A stretch of 64,000 nucleotides of DNA from Octopus vulgaris (lineage: Eukaryota), in the NCBI GenBank assembly GCA_951406725.2, contig OX597814.1:159402001-159466000 (forward strand), in the 5' to 3' direction. The notes beneath the pieces are model-generated. The model was not told where the DNA came from. It saw nothing but the letters and a program-made list of their open reading frames with translations, and did no database searches. This document shows positions 26,128 to 38,800 of this stretch, piece by piece. Made by a program: the position numbers and the translations under genes. The stretch's first letter is position 1. Each line of letters starts with the position of its first letter.

Positions 26128-26133
26128 AATAAA
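26128..26133 (+). terminator. Candidate polyadenylation signal of XAB2
   Basis: AATAAA 22 nt after the stop, followed by a GT/T-rich downstream tract (26146-26190). Confidence 0.6.
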
Positions 26134-26194
26134 TTTTATATTAATTTGTAGTTTTGTTTTGGTGTTTACTCTTATTGTTTTACCTTTTGTGAAC

Positions 26195-26553
26195 GTGCCA
26201 TGCCGGTGACACATAAAAAGCACCATCTGAGCATGGCCAATGCCAGTGCTGCCTGACTGACACCTGTGCCAGTGGCTCGTGAAATGCACCATTCTAACAT
26301 GGCCGATGCCAGTCCCACCTGACTGGCACTTGTGCCAGTGACATGTAAAAAGCACCATTCAAGCATAACCAATGCTTGTGCCGTAAAAGCACCCACTACA
26401 CTCTCAGAATGGTTGGTGTTAGGAAGGGCATCTAGCTGTAGAAACCTTGCCAAATCAGATTAGGGCCTGGTGCAGTCTCCCAACTTGCCAGTTCTCAATC
26501 AAACCGTCCAGCCTTTGGAAAGTGGATGTTAAACGACAATGATGATGATGATG
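26195..26553 (+). mobile_element. RTE 3'UTR fragment with ~59-bp internal tandem units and (GAT)n tail
   Basis: Repeated gtgcc(a/g)gtg(a/g)cacgtaaaaagcaccat units, then aaaagcacccactacactc...gttaaacgac(gat)n. Confidence 0.85.
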
Positions 26554-27286
26554 AAGAATGCATGTTAAAGCTCTCAGAATTAACTCAGTTGGTTATGTTT
26601 CAGAGCCTACTGAAAACATTTGGTATCATTTCACTTCACTTGCAATGTTAACCTTCTTGAAAGGGCTTCAGGTTTAAACTTCCAGTTTCCTCTTTACTAA
26701 AAATAGTAACAAATATGTCAGGTGATGAATAATAATTTGGAAATTCTTGTCCAGGAGATGCATCAAATAATTCACAGGAAATAATTTATTTTGATTCTAA
26801 TATCATTTTTGTTTTTCATTTAAAATCTTTAGCATTATATATTTAGTCCTCTTCCTCCTCCTCCTGAACATGTGTGTGTGTTTGTGTCTCTTCACTATAA
26901 CAATGTCGCTTGATGCATAAGTACCAGATTTCTCATGTATCATTTGGTAAAATGGTTTGATGTCACTACAGTCGATGCCCAGAAGGCCTCTGATTTCAGG
27001 TTGAGTGATTAAAAAGTACATATCCCAACCTTATGGTTTTAGTTTCAAACTTACCATCAGCACCTTGGGCAAGTCTCAAATATATATCTATTTATGCTGA
27101 AATATATTTGTTTTATTGTATACAAAAACTGTCCTCAAATACCCTTCACACCCTGTATGTGCGTGTGTGTATATATATATATATATAACAGGAAGCTTTA
27201 TGAAAATAAACAAAAGACGAAGGCAGGTGGAATACAAACAAACAATTGTATTAGTATGGCGCTCAAGAATATAAATAAAACAAGTA

Positions 27287-27321
27287 TTTTACGTTTCGAG
27301 CCTACGCTCTTCAACAGAAAG
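27287..27321 (-). ncRNA. Minimal hammerhead-like motif (variant core CUGUUGA)
   Basis: Reverse complement reads ttt CTGTTGA a GAGC gtag GCTC GAAA CGT A aaa. Confidence 0.45.
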
Positions 27322-27916
27322 ATACACAGAAAAGAAACAAGGAGAGAAAAAAAAATATATAGCATAAATTTATCAGCTGCTATTTCCAGTAAACATTAGT
27401 GCCTTGTTGTACCACTACTCTCTCTATATATATATGTGTGTGTGTATGTGTATATATATATACACATATATAAAACATATATATATATATACATATGTAT
27501 TTGCATTTATCTCTACACACACGTGTGTGAGAGTGGTGGGTGTCTGTGGTCACAGCAAGCTGGTGCACTTTTGATCATTTATATATATGCATATATGTGT
27601 GTGTGGGAGTGATGAAAGATATTCCAGCTGTGACCACCTTGTCCTTTGTTCAAGCATGGAACATGATGAACCTAGGAATACATTATCTAATGGCACAAAC
27701 ATAGCGCTGGGACAACCAAAGCCTTGCAGTGGATTTGGTAGTTGGAAATTGAAATAAGACCATCTCATAAATATCATCATCAGCATTGTTTTAATATACT
27801 GTTATGTCTTCAAGACTTTGAATATCTCATTGCCAATAATGTTATGACAATGTTGGAGTGTGCACAAGGGTGTAGAATAGTATTATCCAATAAATATTTG
27901 GATATGGTTATCTCTC

Positions 27917-28304
27917 TCTATATATAAAGCTGAAGTTGTCTGTGTATGGCAGGTTTGGTAGCCTTCAACTAACACTATCTCTTCCGAGACCATGCAGAAC
28001 AAGTTGACCAAAATTGAGAGTATCATAGAAGAAGGCTTGCTTTTCCTTCCGTAGAAGAAAAAATTCAAATTGGACCATGTTAACACCAAAAATTATTAAC
28101 ATCAAAAAGGTGCTTTTTTTCTATGAAAATCCCTATCTTTTACGATTTTTTTACTGCTGTGTTGCCATTTTTCGGTGTATTTCAACCAGAAAAATGTTCA
28201 CTTAAAGAGAATAACAAGCTAAATAATGCAACATTTTTACTTTTCAAAAATTCCAATTCTAAAGGGTTGAAACAAACCCGAGCAACGCCGGGTGATACTG
28301 CTAA
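27917..28304 (+). mobile_element. Non-autonomous Helitron
   Basis: 5' TCTATATATAAAG; 3' GC hairpin CCCGagcaacgcCGGG about 8 nt before a CTAA end (CTRR) followed by T. Confidence 0.75.
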
Positions 28305-28887
28305 TCTAGAATAAGATTTTGCAGAATTAATATGTTCATACAGAACACAGAACATGCTTCATACTATGCCAAACGTATATCCAATATTAAACTAACACAG
28401 TAATAATCCAATACAAACAATCAACACTGTCAACTGCTGACAGGTCACACAATTTCTTTATTTTATTGAAATGCATCAGTCCACTTTTGATCACGTGGGG
28501 ATGGTCAGGATCCTTCCACAACATATACACTTTTCCATGCTTGCATGGATCAGATAGAATTTGTTGAGTCATTTTTTTCTATAGCTAGGTGCTCTTCCTT
28601 TCACCAACTCTCACCTGTTTAAAAACAAAGTAAAATTTTTCTATGGTCAGTCATCTTTTCAAGGGGACACATGCACATACACACACACACACACACAGAG
28701 TTGGCCCAGGGCTATAATAGAAGACACTTGCTCACTCACAAGGTTTCACTTAGCATAGACCTATAGTAGAAGGCACCTGTCCAAGATACCATGAAGTGAG
28801 ACTGGAGCCAAAAACATGTGGTTGGGAACCAAACTTCTTTACCACACAGCCATATATTTATATAGTTGCTGTAATATTAACACTAAG

Positions 28888-29117
28888 AGTAGCAAGATGG
28901 CTGAATTGTTAGCTATCCGGGTGAAATGCTTACTGGTGTTTCGTCTGTCGTCACATACTGAGTTCAAATTCTACCAAGGTCGACTTTGCCTTTCATCCTT
29001 TCGGGGTCGATAAATAAAGTACCACTTTCGCACTGGGATCGATGTAATCGACTTAATCCCTTTGTCTGTCCTTGTTTGTTCCCTCTATGTTTAGCCCCCT
29101 GTGAGCAATAAAGAAAT
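28888..29117 (+). mobile_element. SINE (gctggcagaa...gtcgactttgcctttcatcctttcggggtcgataaa family; many copies in window)
   Basis: Shared core, also at ~2037-2250, 10445-10800, 19623-19835, 46938-47078, 51930-52370, 53195-53425 and 58720-58890. Confidence 0.8.
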
Positions 29118-29121
29118 ACAT

Positions 29122-29345
29122 ACAGTTCTCTATTTAAGAGATGAGGAATTATGTACATTATTTACATTTGACAGATATTTGTCCTCATCTTGTTTGTTGT
29201 TAACACAATGTTATGGCTGATATATCTTCCAGTTTTCACCAGGTATCTTGGGGAAATTTTGAACCAGGGTTCTCATTCCTTAGGTATTTTTCTGAAATGT
29301 GTTAACAAACAAGATGAGGAGAAATATCTGTCAAATGTAAATAAA
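29122..29345 (-). mobile_element. Hammerhead-family element copy with an inverted 3' piece
   Basis: 29122-29292 is the reverse complement of the 49110-49250 module (core decayed to CTGGTGA..CATAAC), followed directly by a forward copy of its 3' end (29293-29345). Confidence 0.75.
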
Positions 29346-29799
29346 TAAATAAATATTTATACTAATTATCAAGATGATCATAATTGATTAATAAATTAAA
29401 TACTGTCATCTTCATTCTCTTAGATACAAGTGTGTGTGTGTGTGCACGCACACGCATGTGTGCATGCTTGTGTGTGTGTGTTTATTTGGGTGAATTTCTG
29501 TGACTGCCCAACATAATACAATTAGTAGTCAAATTTCCCTCAAATCATATATAATAAATTATTGAAAGGACACATTAAACATTGCAATCATACAGTCTTC
29601 AAACAGATAAGTATTAAAAATAGTAAAACCAGAAATATCCCATCTGGAACATTTTTGGTCAGGGAAGAATTTAAAATCACCATTTGAAACACATATATAA
29701 TGTGAAATTCACTTTTGTTTTACTTTAAGGAAATATTGTATATTGTAAAATGTCAAAATAACTTTCTGTACTTTTATGATTTTGTCACTGACACTATTC

Positions 29800-29852
<53 letters not shown>

Positions 29853-30294
29853 GCATACATGAACACACATACATACATTCTTATACTCTTAGTATTACAG
29901 GTAACATGTGACCCAGTACAACCTGTCACATGGTCGGACCACAAGCAACTAAACTGGCAATTCTGCCAAGCCTGCTTGATTAGGAGGGCAGCTTTTGATG
30001 AAACAAAACTTATCAAAAGGTAGATGAACTCAGTAGAGTCTACAGTTATTCACTGGCTGAGGGTGAGAGACCCCCACCAATCTCTCATTTAGATATTTCC
30101 CAAGGAGAAGGAAATTCTGAAATAACATCTGTCTACCTCATTGCAAAACCAGAGACCTAGGTCTTGCTTGTTTCTGGACTACATGGCTTTAAATTACAAT
30201 ATGGGTATTGCTAACAGCCATTGTCTCTAAAAACTATGATTAAGATGCGTAAGCAATGGTCATATTTGTCTATGAGTTGACAGCTGCCATGCAT

Positions 30295-30435
30295 TTGTGT
30301 GTGTGAGTGTGTGTATGAATATATATACATGTAATTATATATATATGTATGTGTGTGTATATATATATACATGTATGTATGTATGTATGTATATATATAT
30401 GTGCGTATATGTATGTATATATATGTGTGTTTGTG

Positions 30436-30468
<33 letters not shown>

Positions 30469-30522
30469 ATGTATATATATGTATGTGTGTGTGTATATCT
30501 ATATATACATACATACATATAT
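30295..30522. repeat. Compound (TA)n/(TG)n/(TATG)n microsatellite
   Basis: Low-complexity dinucleotide tract; source of the spurious Y/I/H/T-rich ORFs. Confidence 0.95.
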
Positions 30523-30838
30523 TTAAAATCTTGAAATAATGTGCTGAAGAGGAGAATGATAGAGTGAAATATGATTTTACATTTTTCACATCTCTCTAAC
30601 TCCGAAATGCGTACACAGTTAATTAAAGCTGGATGGATTCGTTATTTTTTTTCTCTTTACCTGCGTGGGTTGTTGAGTATTGCAATCTGGGAGATATCCT
30701 TTTAGTAGTGAAATAGTTAGTTTTAACTGCTATTTCTAAATTTCGGTATGTGGTGAAGCAAATTTTTGCTGAACCCTAATTATAATAATACTCATAATTG
30801 TAAAATTTTATGTATGTATATATATATATATATATATA

Positions 30839-32114
30839 TCAGGTCATCCTATAAGTTCTGTCCTTTTTTTAAATTGAATGAAATTTAATAGTATTTTAGA
30901 ATGTATAATGGAATTAAAAATTATTTTTATGCATTTGTGTACATTTAAACTAATTAAATATTATTTTACAGAATAATAGAATTAAAATTTCTTTGATTAA
31001 AACCCTTTCTAACATGGAAGTATCCAAAGAGCATTTGAGACACATAATGCTTTATGAGTACAAAAAAGGAAACTCTGTAGCCAAAGCAACTCAAAACATG
31101 CACTCAGTTTATGAGAAAGAATGCTTGAATGAAAGAACTTGCAGAAGATGGTTTGCAAAATTCAGAAGTGGAGATTTCAACCTTGAAGATGAAGATGAAC
31201 AAGATGTCCAGTTGAGTTTGATAAGCTCCTTGAGGCATTACTTGAAGAAAATCCTACATTATCAGTTGAAGAATTGGCAATAAAGCTTAGTTCAAACCAT
31301 ACAACTGTTCATCATCATCTTCAACAACTTGGAAAGGTTCCTAAACTTGGAAAATGTGTGCCTCATGAATTGTCCGAAAGCAACCGCAAATCCCAAGTTG
31401 ACATCTGCTCTTCTCTCCATTCTTGTGAACTCATTTCACCCTTTTTGGATAGACTTGTGACTGGTGACAGATAATGGATCTTCTATCAAAATGGTAAACG
31501 TCGTAAACAGTGGCTTGGTAAAAGGGAAAAAAGCTCAACCACAAGTGAGAAGGGAACTTCATGGAAAAAAGATTCTTCTCTCTATCTGGTGGGATTGCAA
31601 AGGAGTAATTCACTTTGAATTGTTACCACCTAATGCAACAATCAATGCTCAAGTCTACTGTCAGTAATTAGAGCGTTTGAGCCAAGCTTTGAAGAAAAAA
31701 AGACCTGCTTTAGTGAATCGAAAAGGAGTGATGTTTCATCAGGACAATGCGCACCCCCACACTACAAAGATCACATCACAGAAGATAGAAGAGCTTGGTA
31801 GGGAAAAAATTCCTCATCCACCTTATTCTCCCAACCTTGCTCCTTCAGACTACCATTTGTTTCATAGTTTACAGAATCATTTGGAGGACATAACTTTCAC
31901 AAGCCAGGAAGAGGTTGAAACTGACATTTCAGAGTTCTTGGCTTTGAAACCAAAAGAGTTTTACATAGATGGGATTAAAAAGCTTGTAAATAGAAGGAAG
32001 GAAGTCAGAGATAATCAGGGAAAGTACATTGATGATTAAATTTCAATTAAATATAACATTTGATCACTTGTTTTCTTTATTCAACATTCGGACAGAACTT
32101 ATGGGATGACCTGA
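30839..32114 (+). mobile_element. Full-length (~1.28 kb) but inactivated mariner transposon
   Basis: TIRs TCAGGTCATCCTATAAGTTCTGTCC / GGACAGAACTTATGGGATGACCTGA flanked by TA. Transposase is split over several ORFs: WFAKFRSGDFNLED, CVPHEL, LVTGD, HQDNAHPH, HPPYSPNLAPSDYHLF (DD34D type). Confidence 0.95.
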
Positions 32115-32144
32115 TATATATAGTCAACAGATGCGATCCAGAGA

Positions 32145-32268
32145 TTCTCTGATGATGGAGGCTCATCTTATCCAATGTTGATAGCATCCGTTACAGCTGC
32201 ATATTGTGATGAACCACATCTACCAACATTATCATGGATTTCCGAGCCCCCGAGAAACAACTGTTGTA
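32145..32268 (+). ncRNA. Degenerate Penelope-type hammerhead motif with long stem II
   Basis: CTGATGA (32149-32155) tggaGGCTC...GAGCCcccga GAAACAACTGTT, close to the palindromic GAAACAGCTGTH. Confidence 0.4.
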
Positions 32269-32850
32269 CTTATAACACCTTTCTTCCACTCCTTTTATTT
32301 TCTCTGTCATTTGTATTCTGTGTAAGTTGAATCTATCAATATGAATATCTATATATTTATTGATAAATACTCATTGTCTGAAAGCCTCCACCTTTTGTTT
32401 TCTCTCATTTTGCATGTTTACATATATACATATTTTTGTAGTTCATGCCCAAGCTGTTACATTTAATATATTTAATTTGTTTTTCTGTATAATTGCCTAT
32501 ATATGTGTGTGTGTGTGTGTGTAGAATATATAATTTTATAAGTATGTTTATAAAACCATATTGAGGGAAAAAAGTGAGTCTTTTTTCAGGCCAAGTCACA
32601 TGCTGAAAGAAGACATCAAATATCACAAAACTACCTCACTAGTTTTGTGCCATTTGGTGTCTTGGCATGTGGCTTGGCCTGTTGTAAGACTTGCTTTTTG
32701 CCTTTAATATGATTTTATAAAATTATATATTCTATTAATTTTTCACCTTAATTGGTTATTACATGCTGACTACCTGATAAAATCAAATATAGATTTTATC
32801 CTTAATTTCAACGTACATATATATATATACATACATATATATACATATAT

Positions 32851-32902
<52 letters not shown>

Positions 32903-33044
32903 GCATACACACATACATACATACATACATACATAGATGGAGACAAATACATAAGAAATTCAAGAACAACTTCATCACAAAGAACAGTAGATAACGTAGA
33001 TTTTATCACTGCATTAAAACACACAAAAATAGCACCACGATTCA

Positions 33045-33390
33045 GATTAAACCCATTGTCTCCAGCGTGGGAGGACCTCTATATAAAATATCCCAGTTAC
33101 TTTCTCTCATCCTGAATCCTATACTCTCCACCCTTCCTGGACACATCAAGTACTCTGACAAAGTCATCAAAAGACTGCACCAATTGCCCTTAGACCAACT
33201 TAGGTAAAAGAGATATGCCTTTAGTCTTGACGTTGTCTCAATGTATACAACGATGCCAGCACACCCAGCGGTCAACCTATTGACTGACTGCATAATAGCA
33301 TCCGACATCCAATGCTTCAGACTTACTGCAGCTGATATGCATCAACTTTTGTCCATCATCGTGGACAATACCTACTTCTCTTTCCAGCAC
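33045..33390 (+). pseudogene. Penelope-like element reverse transcriptase fragment
   Basis: Translates [25 protein letters not shown]...HIKYSDKVIKRL...*..FSLDVVSMYTTMP...LLSIIVDNTYFSFQ, matching the PLE RT motifs RPIVS, SLDVxSLYT and NYFxF. Confidence 0.8.
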
Positions 33391-33752
33391 CATATGGGTG
33401 TTAGCTGTGCTCTATGGAAACATGAGATTTTTAAGCATAAGGACAAGAGCAACCCGATTAACAATAGATTAGACCTAAGGGTATCATGTGTACATAGTGT
33501 CACCCCTACTTTTAGATATTTTTAAAAATAGCATTTTATAGTGTGTTGTTCTTGAACTGAATTAATGGAAACTTTTAAAATTTTTTAGTGTTGTATCTAA
33601 TTATACTTATGCTCTAGTATTATATATATATAATTAATCAGGTGATATTCAGTTACATGAGGAATTATATTGCATAAGTTAGTGTACTACATGGAGTTAG
33701 TATACTATCCTATGAATATTCCTACCTAGTTAGTCTAACTTCATCTTAGTAA

Positions 33753-34540
33753 TTAACCCTTTTGATACCAACCCGCCTGAAACCGCCTCTGGTTCTGTAA
33801 TACAAATGTCTTGTTTTCAAAATCATCTGGAAGCTATTCAGCGACGTGCAACCAAAACAATACCTTCCATCAGGCATTTGCCATATCCTGAACGCCTTAC
33901 TTCCCTGGGCATGGACACATTGAAACTCCGACGTCTAGCAGCTGACTTGGCAGACACCCATAAAATTATCAACCATCGTACAAACAATAACTCTGAGCAA
34001 CTTTTCAAACTCCACCCATCTAACACCCATGGACATATTTACAAAGTAAGAAAACAGCACAGCTCCCATGACTTCAGGAAACATTTTTTCACGCTGAGAG
34101 TTGCTGAAGCATGGAACAAACTGCCGGCATCAGTTGTTAGTTGTCGGAGCACTGCATCCTTCAAAACTTCCATGCTTTCTGAGATTCGCCAACACTACAC
34201 CTGATTTTCTCCCCTCCATACACACACAGGCATGTATCTGACTCATACATTGTTCGCTTTCCAGACATTTTTACATTACTGCATGTACTTTATATGCACT
34301 TTCTGACAAGTTGTGGTGCACCTGAGCACTGTATACAATAATTTCATTATTATATTTAAAATGAAAATTTATGACCAAAAGTTCTGAATTAAAATCTTCC
34401 ACCAAACCTTAGTCGCAATTTATGTTCCTACCACTAGCTTAATGATGACTACATTATTTTACTAACTTCTTTGTTATATTTAAAATTATTTGAAAGAAAC
34501 ACAGAACATCCCAAAAGAAATATGGTAACGAAAGGGTTAA
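33753..34540. mobile_element. piggyBac-type MITE interrupted by a CR1 LINE fragment
   Basis: TTAACCCTTT...AAAGGGTTAA termini; uninterrupted homolog at 15122-15325. Confidence 0.8.
33820..34355 (+). mobile_element. CR1/L2-clade LINE 3' end
   Basis: LEAIQRRATKTIP...LPYPERLTSLG..TLKLRRL...THGH.YKV...RKHFFTLRVAEAWNKLP...FK is a typical CR1 ORF2 C-terminus, followed by 3'UTR. Confidence 0.9.
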
Positions 34541-35162
34541 ATTAATTATTCCTTTCTATAGTGTTCCACCCTTCTGATCATATTATTCTTATAAAGACCT
34601 TTATGTAAGTAGTCCTCCTAATTATGTACCCCCAGGAAACTATATTATCATGTATATATTAACATTGGAAACTTTACAACTTATATTATACCTCTTAGCT
34701 TATAATTAATATATAGCTAGCTTGTTCTATCACCCCAATATTCCTTTAGTAAATACCAGTGATCAGTCTTTATAGATACCACCTAATAAATAAATAATTA
34801 AATAAAATGATAGAATTATTAAACAAATTCTATATAATCTTCTCTTTCTATCGATGATAATATGGTATATATACCTCATCATGGGTTTAGTAATTAAACT
34901 ATTTATTCCTTTCTATGGTGTTCTACCCTACTGATCATAGTATTATTTTTATAATAGCTTTTATGTAAGTAAACCTCCTAATTTTGTACCCCTAGAAATT
35001 TATATTAGCTTGTATATAATAGCACCAGTAACTTCACAACTTATAATATACCTCTTAGGTTATAATTAATATATAGTTAGTATGTTCTATCGCCCCAGTA
35101 TTCCTTTAGTAAATGCCAGTGATCAGCCTTTATAGGTACCACCTAATAAGTAAATAATTAAG
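34540..35162. repeat. Diverged direct duplication of a ~265-bp AT-rich unit with ~360-bp period
   Basis: ttattcctttctat..gttc.accc..ctgatcata...ccagtgatcag..tttatag.taccacctaataa at ~34545-34800 and ~34903-35162. Confidence 0.85.
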
Positions 35163-35604
35163 TATATGTTTCAAAAATTATCGTGAACTCATGCTGCGGA
35201 ATAGTGGCAATGATGAAGGCAATAGGCAATATTATTTTACTTTAAACTGGAAACAGGATCTTGTACGCGGTTAACTGAAAGTTCTAATTCATTTTCTTTC
35301 TTTTGCTAGCCTATTATGTGGTGTGTTTATTCTCAGAGAATTTATGGTGGTAATAGTGTCTTCTGATGTCTATTTTTCAGTACATGGTGAGGTGTAAGCC
35401 AAGCCCTTGTTATAATTATGTATATAATTATAAAATATTTGTATAATTAAGTATATGAATATGAGGATAGCCCTGCATTTAAATTGATGTAATGATTGCA
35501 TTGTTAAATTAAATTGAGCTGCTTGAAACTGTTGTACTGCATCACCTCTGGATATCCTGTTGCTTATTTCAATTATATATATGTATGTATATATATAATA
35601 AAAT

Positions 35605-35818
35605 AAATGCGCCCTTTTAAAGCCTAGCCAGGCTCATGGGCCTGGTTTCCCGGTTTTAATGGCGTATGTGTTCCCCATTTTTGCCAGCTGAGTGGACTGG
35701 AGCAATGTGAAATGAAGTGTTTTGCTCAAGAACACAACGCATCACCCAGTCCAGGAATCGAAACCACAATCTTACGATCATGATACTGACACCCTAACCA
35801 CTAAGCCACGCGCCTCCA
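35605..35818 (-). mobile_element. tRNA-derived SINE
   Basis: Reverse complement begins ggaggcgcgtggcttagtggttaggg (A box)...ggtttcgattcc (B box), followed by tgtgttcttgagcaaaacact. Confidence 0.8.
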
Positions 35819-35821
35819 CAT

Positions 35822-38800
35822 GTCATCATCATTATCATCATCATTTATCATCTGCTTTCCATGCTAGCATAGGTTGGACGGTTCAACTGGGATTTGGGAA
35901 GCCAGAAGGCTGCACCAGGCCCAGTCTGATCTGGCAATGTTTCTATGGCTGGATGCTCTTCCTAACGCCAACCACTCCGTGATTTCGATTTTGATTCTGA
36001 TTCTCACTTGCCTCAACAGGTCTTCACAAGTAGAGTTTTGTGTCCCAAGAAGGAAAGGCACGCATAAGTGGACTGGTTACATCCCAGGTTGAGGCCACGG
36101 GTAATGGTCTCACTTGTCCTGCTGGGTCTTCTCACACACAGCATACTTCCAAAGGTCTTGGTCTCTAGTCATTTCCTTGGTGAGACCTAAAGTGCAAAGG
36201 TCGTGCTTCACCACCTTGTCCCAGGTTTTCCTGGGTCTACCTCTTCCACAGGTTCCCTCAACCGCTAGGGTGTGGCACTTTTCACACAACTATCTTCATC
36301 CATTCTTGTCACATGACCATACCAGCGCAAACGTCTCTCTTGCACACCACAACTGATGCTTCTTAGGTCCAACTTTTCTCTCAAGGTACTTACATTCTGT
36401 CGAGTATGAACACTGATATTACACATCCATCGGAGCATACTGGCTTCATTTCTTGCGAGCTTACGCATATCCTCAGCAGTCACGGCCCATGTTTCACTAC
36501 CATGTAGCATGGCTGTTCGTACACATGCGTCATACAGTCTGCCTTTTACTCTGAGCGAGAGGCCTTTTGTCACCAGCAGGGGTAAGAGCTCTTTGAACTT
36601 TGCCCAGGCTATTCTTATTCTAGCAGTTACACTTGCAGCACACCCACCTTGGTCACCAAGGTAACGGAAGCTATCAACTGTTTCTAGTTTTTCTCCCTGG
36701 AATGTGGTGGAAGTTGGTCTCTGTGCATTTTCAGTGTTTATTGCTCCTGAGCATATGCCACATACCCCAGGTAGCCTTCCTTTGATATTGCTGCACCTCT
36801 TATGTGTCCATAGCTTACATTTGGTGCATCTTATAGAGTTTCTACCTAAACCTTTTCTACAGATCAAGCAGGGCCATCTACCTGAAGGTATTTATGGTTT
36901 GCTTGCCTTCCTACTTATTAGGACTTTGGTTTTAGCTAGGTTGACTCTAAGGCCCTTCGATTCTAATCCTTGTTTCTATTCTTGAGACTTCTCCTCTAGT
37001 TCTGATAGTGACTCAGTGATTAGAACTAGGTCGTCAGCATAGAGGAGCTCCCAGGGGCATTCTGTCTTGAATTCTTCCATTATTGCCTGGAGAACTATGA
37101 TAAACAGGAGGGGCTGAGGACTGAACCTTGGTGGACCCCAAACTTTATCCTGAATTCTTTACTGTACTCGTTGCTAACCCTCACCTTACTGACAGTGTCC
37201 TTGTACATGGCTCTCACTAACCATTCATCTATCCCTAGTTTCCTCATTGACCACCAGATAAGGGATCGGGGGACCCTGTCAAAGGTTTTCTCTATGACAA
37301 CAAAAGCCAGGTACAGGGGCTTATCTTTGGCTAGGTATTTCTCCTGCAGCTGTCTTACCAGGAATATAGCATCAGTAGTACTTTTCCCTGGCACAAACCC
37401 AAACTGCATCTCATCTAAACTAACTCTTTCTCTAATTAGTTGGGCTGTCAGTGTGCACGCACGACAGAGTGTAAGCACCCTGAGAGAAATGCTGGACATA
37501 AGAAGCATCAGATGTGGTGTGCAAGAGCAACGCTTGAGATGGTATGGTCATGTACTGCGGATGGGTGAGGAGAGATGTGTGAAGAAGTGCCGCTCCCAAA
37601 AAGTTGAAGGTATCAGGGGGAGACAAGGTATCAGGAAGACATGGGATGAGGTAGTCAAGCATGACCTCAGAACGTTGGGCCTCACAGAGGCAATGACGAA
37701 GGACCAAGATCTCTGGAGATATGCTGTGACTGCAAAGACCCGTGCTGCTTCCTGCACCAGCTCCGCATAGCCCCAGCCTGTTCAAAGTACCTTGGATTTC
37801 GGAACAACACACTGTGCTTGAGGAGACCTGTTGAGTCAAGTACATGAACATTGAAATAAATATCAATGGAAATAGTAGTCGTGATACCTGTGCCGGTGGC
37901 ACATAAAAAGCACCATCCGATCGTGGCCGATGCCAGCGCCGCTTTAACTGGCTTCCGTGCCAGTGGCACGTTAAAAGCATCAACTGATCATGGCTGTTTT
38001 CCAGCCTCCTCTGGCCCCTGTGCCGGTGGCACGTAAAAAGTGCCCACTACACTCACGGAGTGGTTGCCATTAGGAAGGGCATCCAGCTGTAGAAACACTG
38101 CCAGATCAGACTGGAGCCTAGTGCAGCCTCCTGGCTTCCCAGACCCTGGTCGAACCGTCCAACCTGTGCTAGCACGGAAAACGGACGTTAAACGATGATG
38201 ATGATGATCCTCTCCGAAACCTTCATTACCTGATCCAACAGCTTGATACCCCTGTAGTTATTTGTATCTAGGGCGTCACCTTTACCTTTGTAGCAGTTGA
38301 CTATTATGCTGCCACGCCAGTCATTGGGAATGACTCCTTCATGTATCACCTGGTTAACTATACGGGTGACTAGGCTATAGCCGACACTACCAGATATTTT
38401 GAGCATCTCTGCAGTAATTCTTGATGGGCCTGGGGCTTTCCCTGTCTTCATGCTTCTAATTGCCTTAACTACCAAGGTACTGTCAACTCGGATAGCTGGT
38501 CCCTCTGTTGGGTCGACATTCAGCAGACTCTCTTTATCCCATTCATTTTCTTTATTCAGCAACCTTTCATAGTGGCGTCTCCAAACCTCTCTCTTTGCAT
38601 CTTCATTTAGCGCAAGTGAACCATCATCCATGCGAACACATTTCTCTCCTACCACATCACAATTCTCTCTCACACACTGTCTTGCAACACGAAATACCTT
38701 ACGTATTTCATCGTCACAGTGCAGAATATTGGCAAATTCTTTCTTATCTGCTTCCCCTCTGGCTAAATACACCTGCCTCCTAGCTTCCCTTCTGGCAGTC

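Noticed and set aside
30211-30589. Several overlapping ORFs rich in Y/I/H/T or C/V/M
   Set aside because: Translations of (TA)/(TG) microsatellites.
30993-32039. Active or domesticated (SETMAR-like) transposase
   Set aside because: Multiple frameshifts and stops, retained TIRs and no SET domain.
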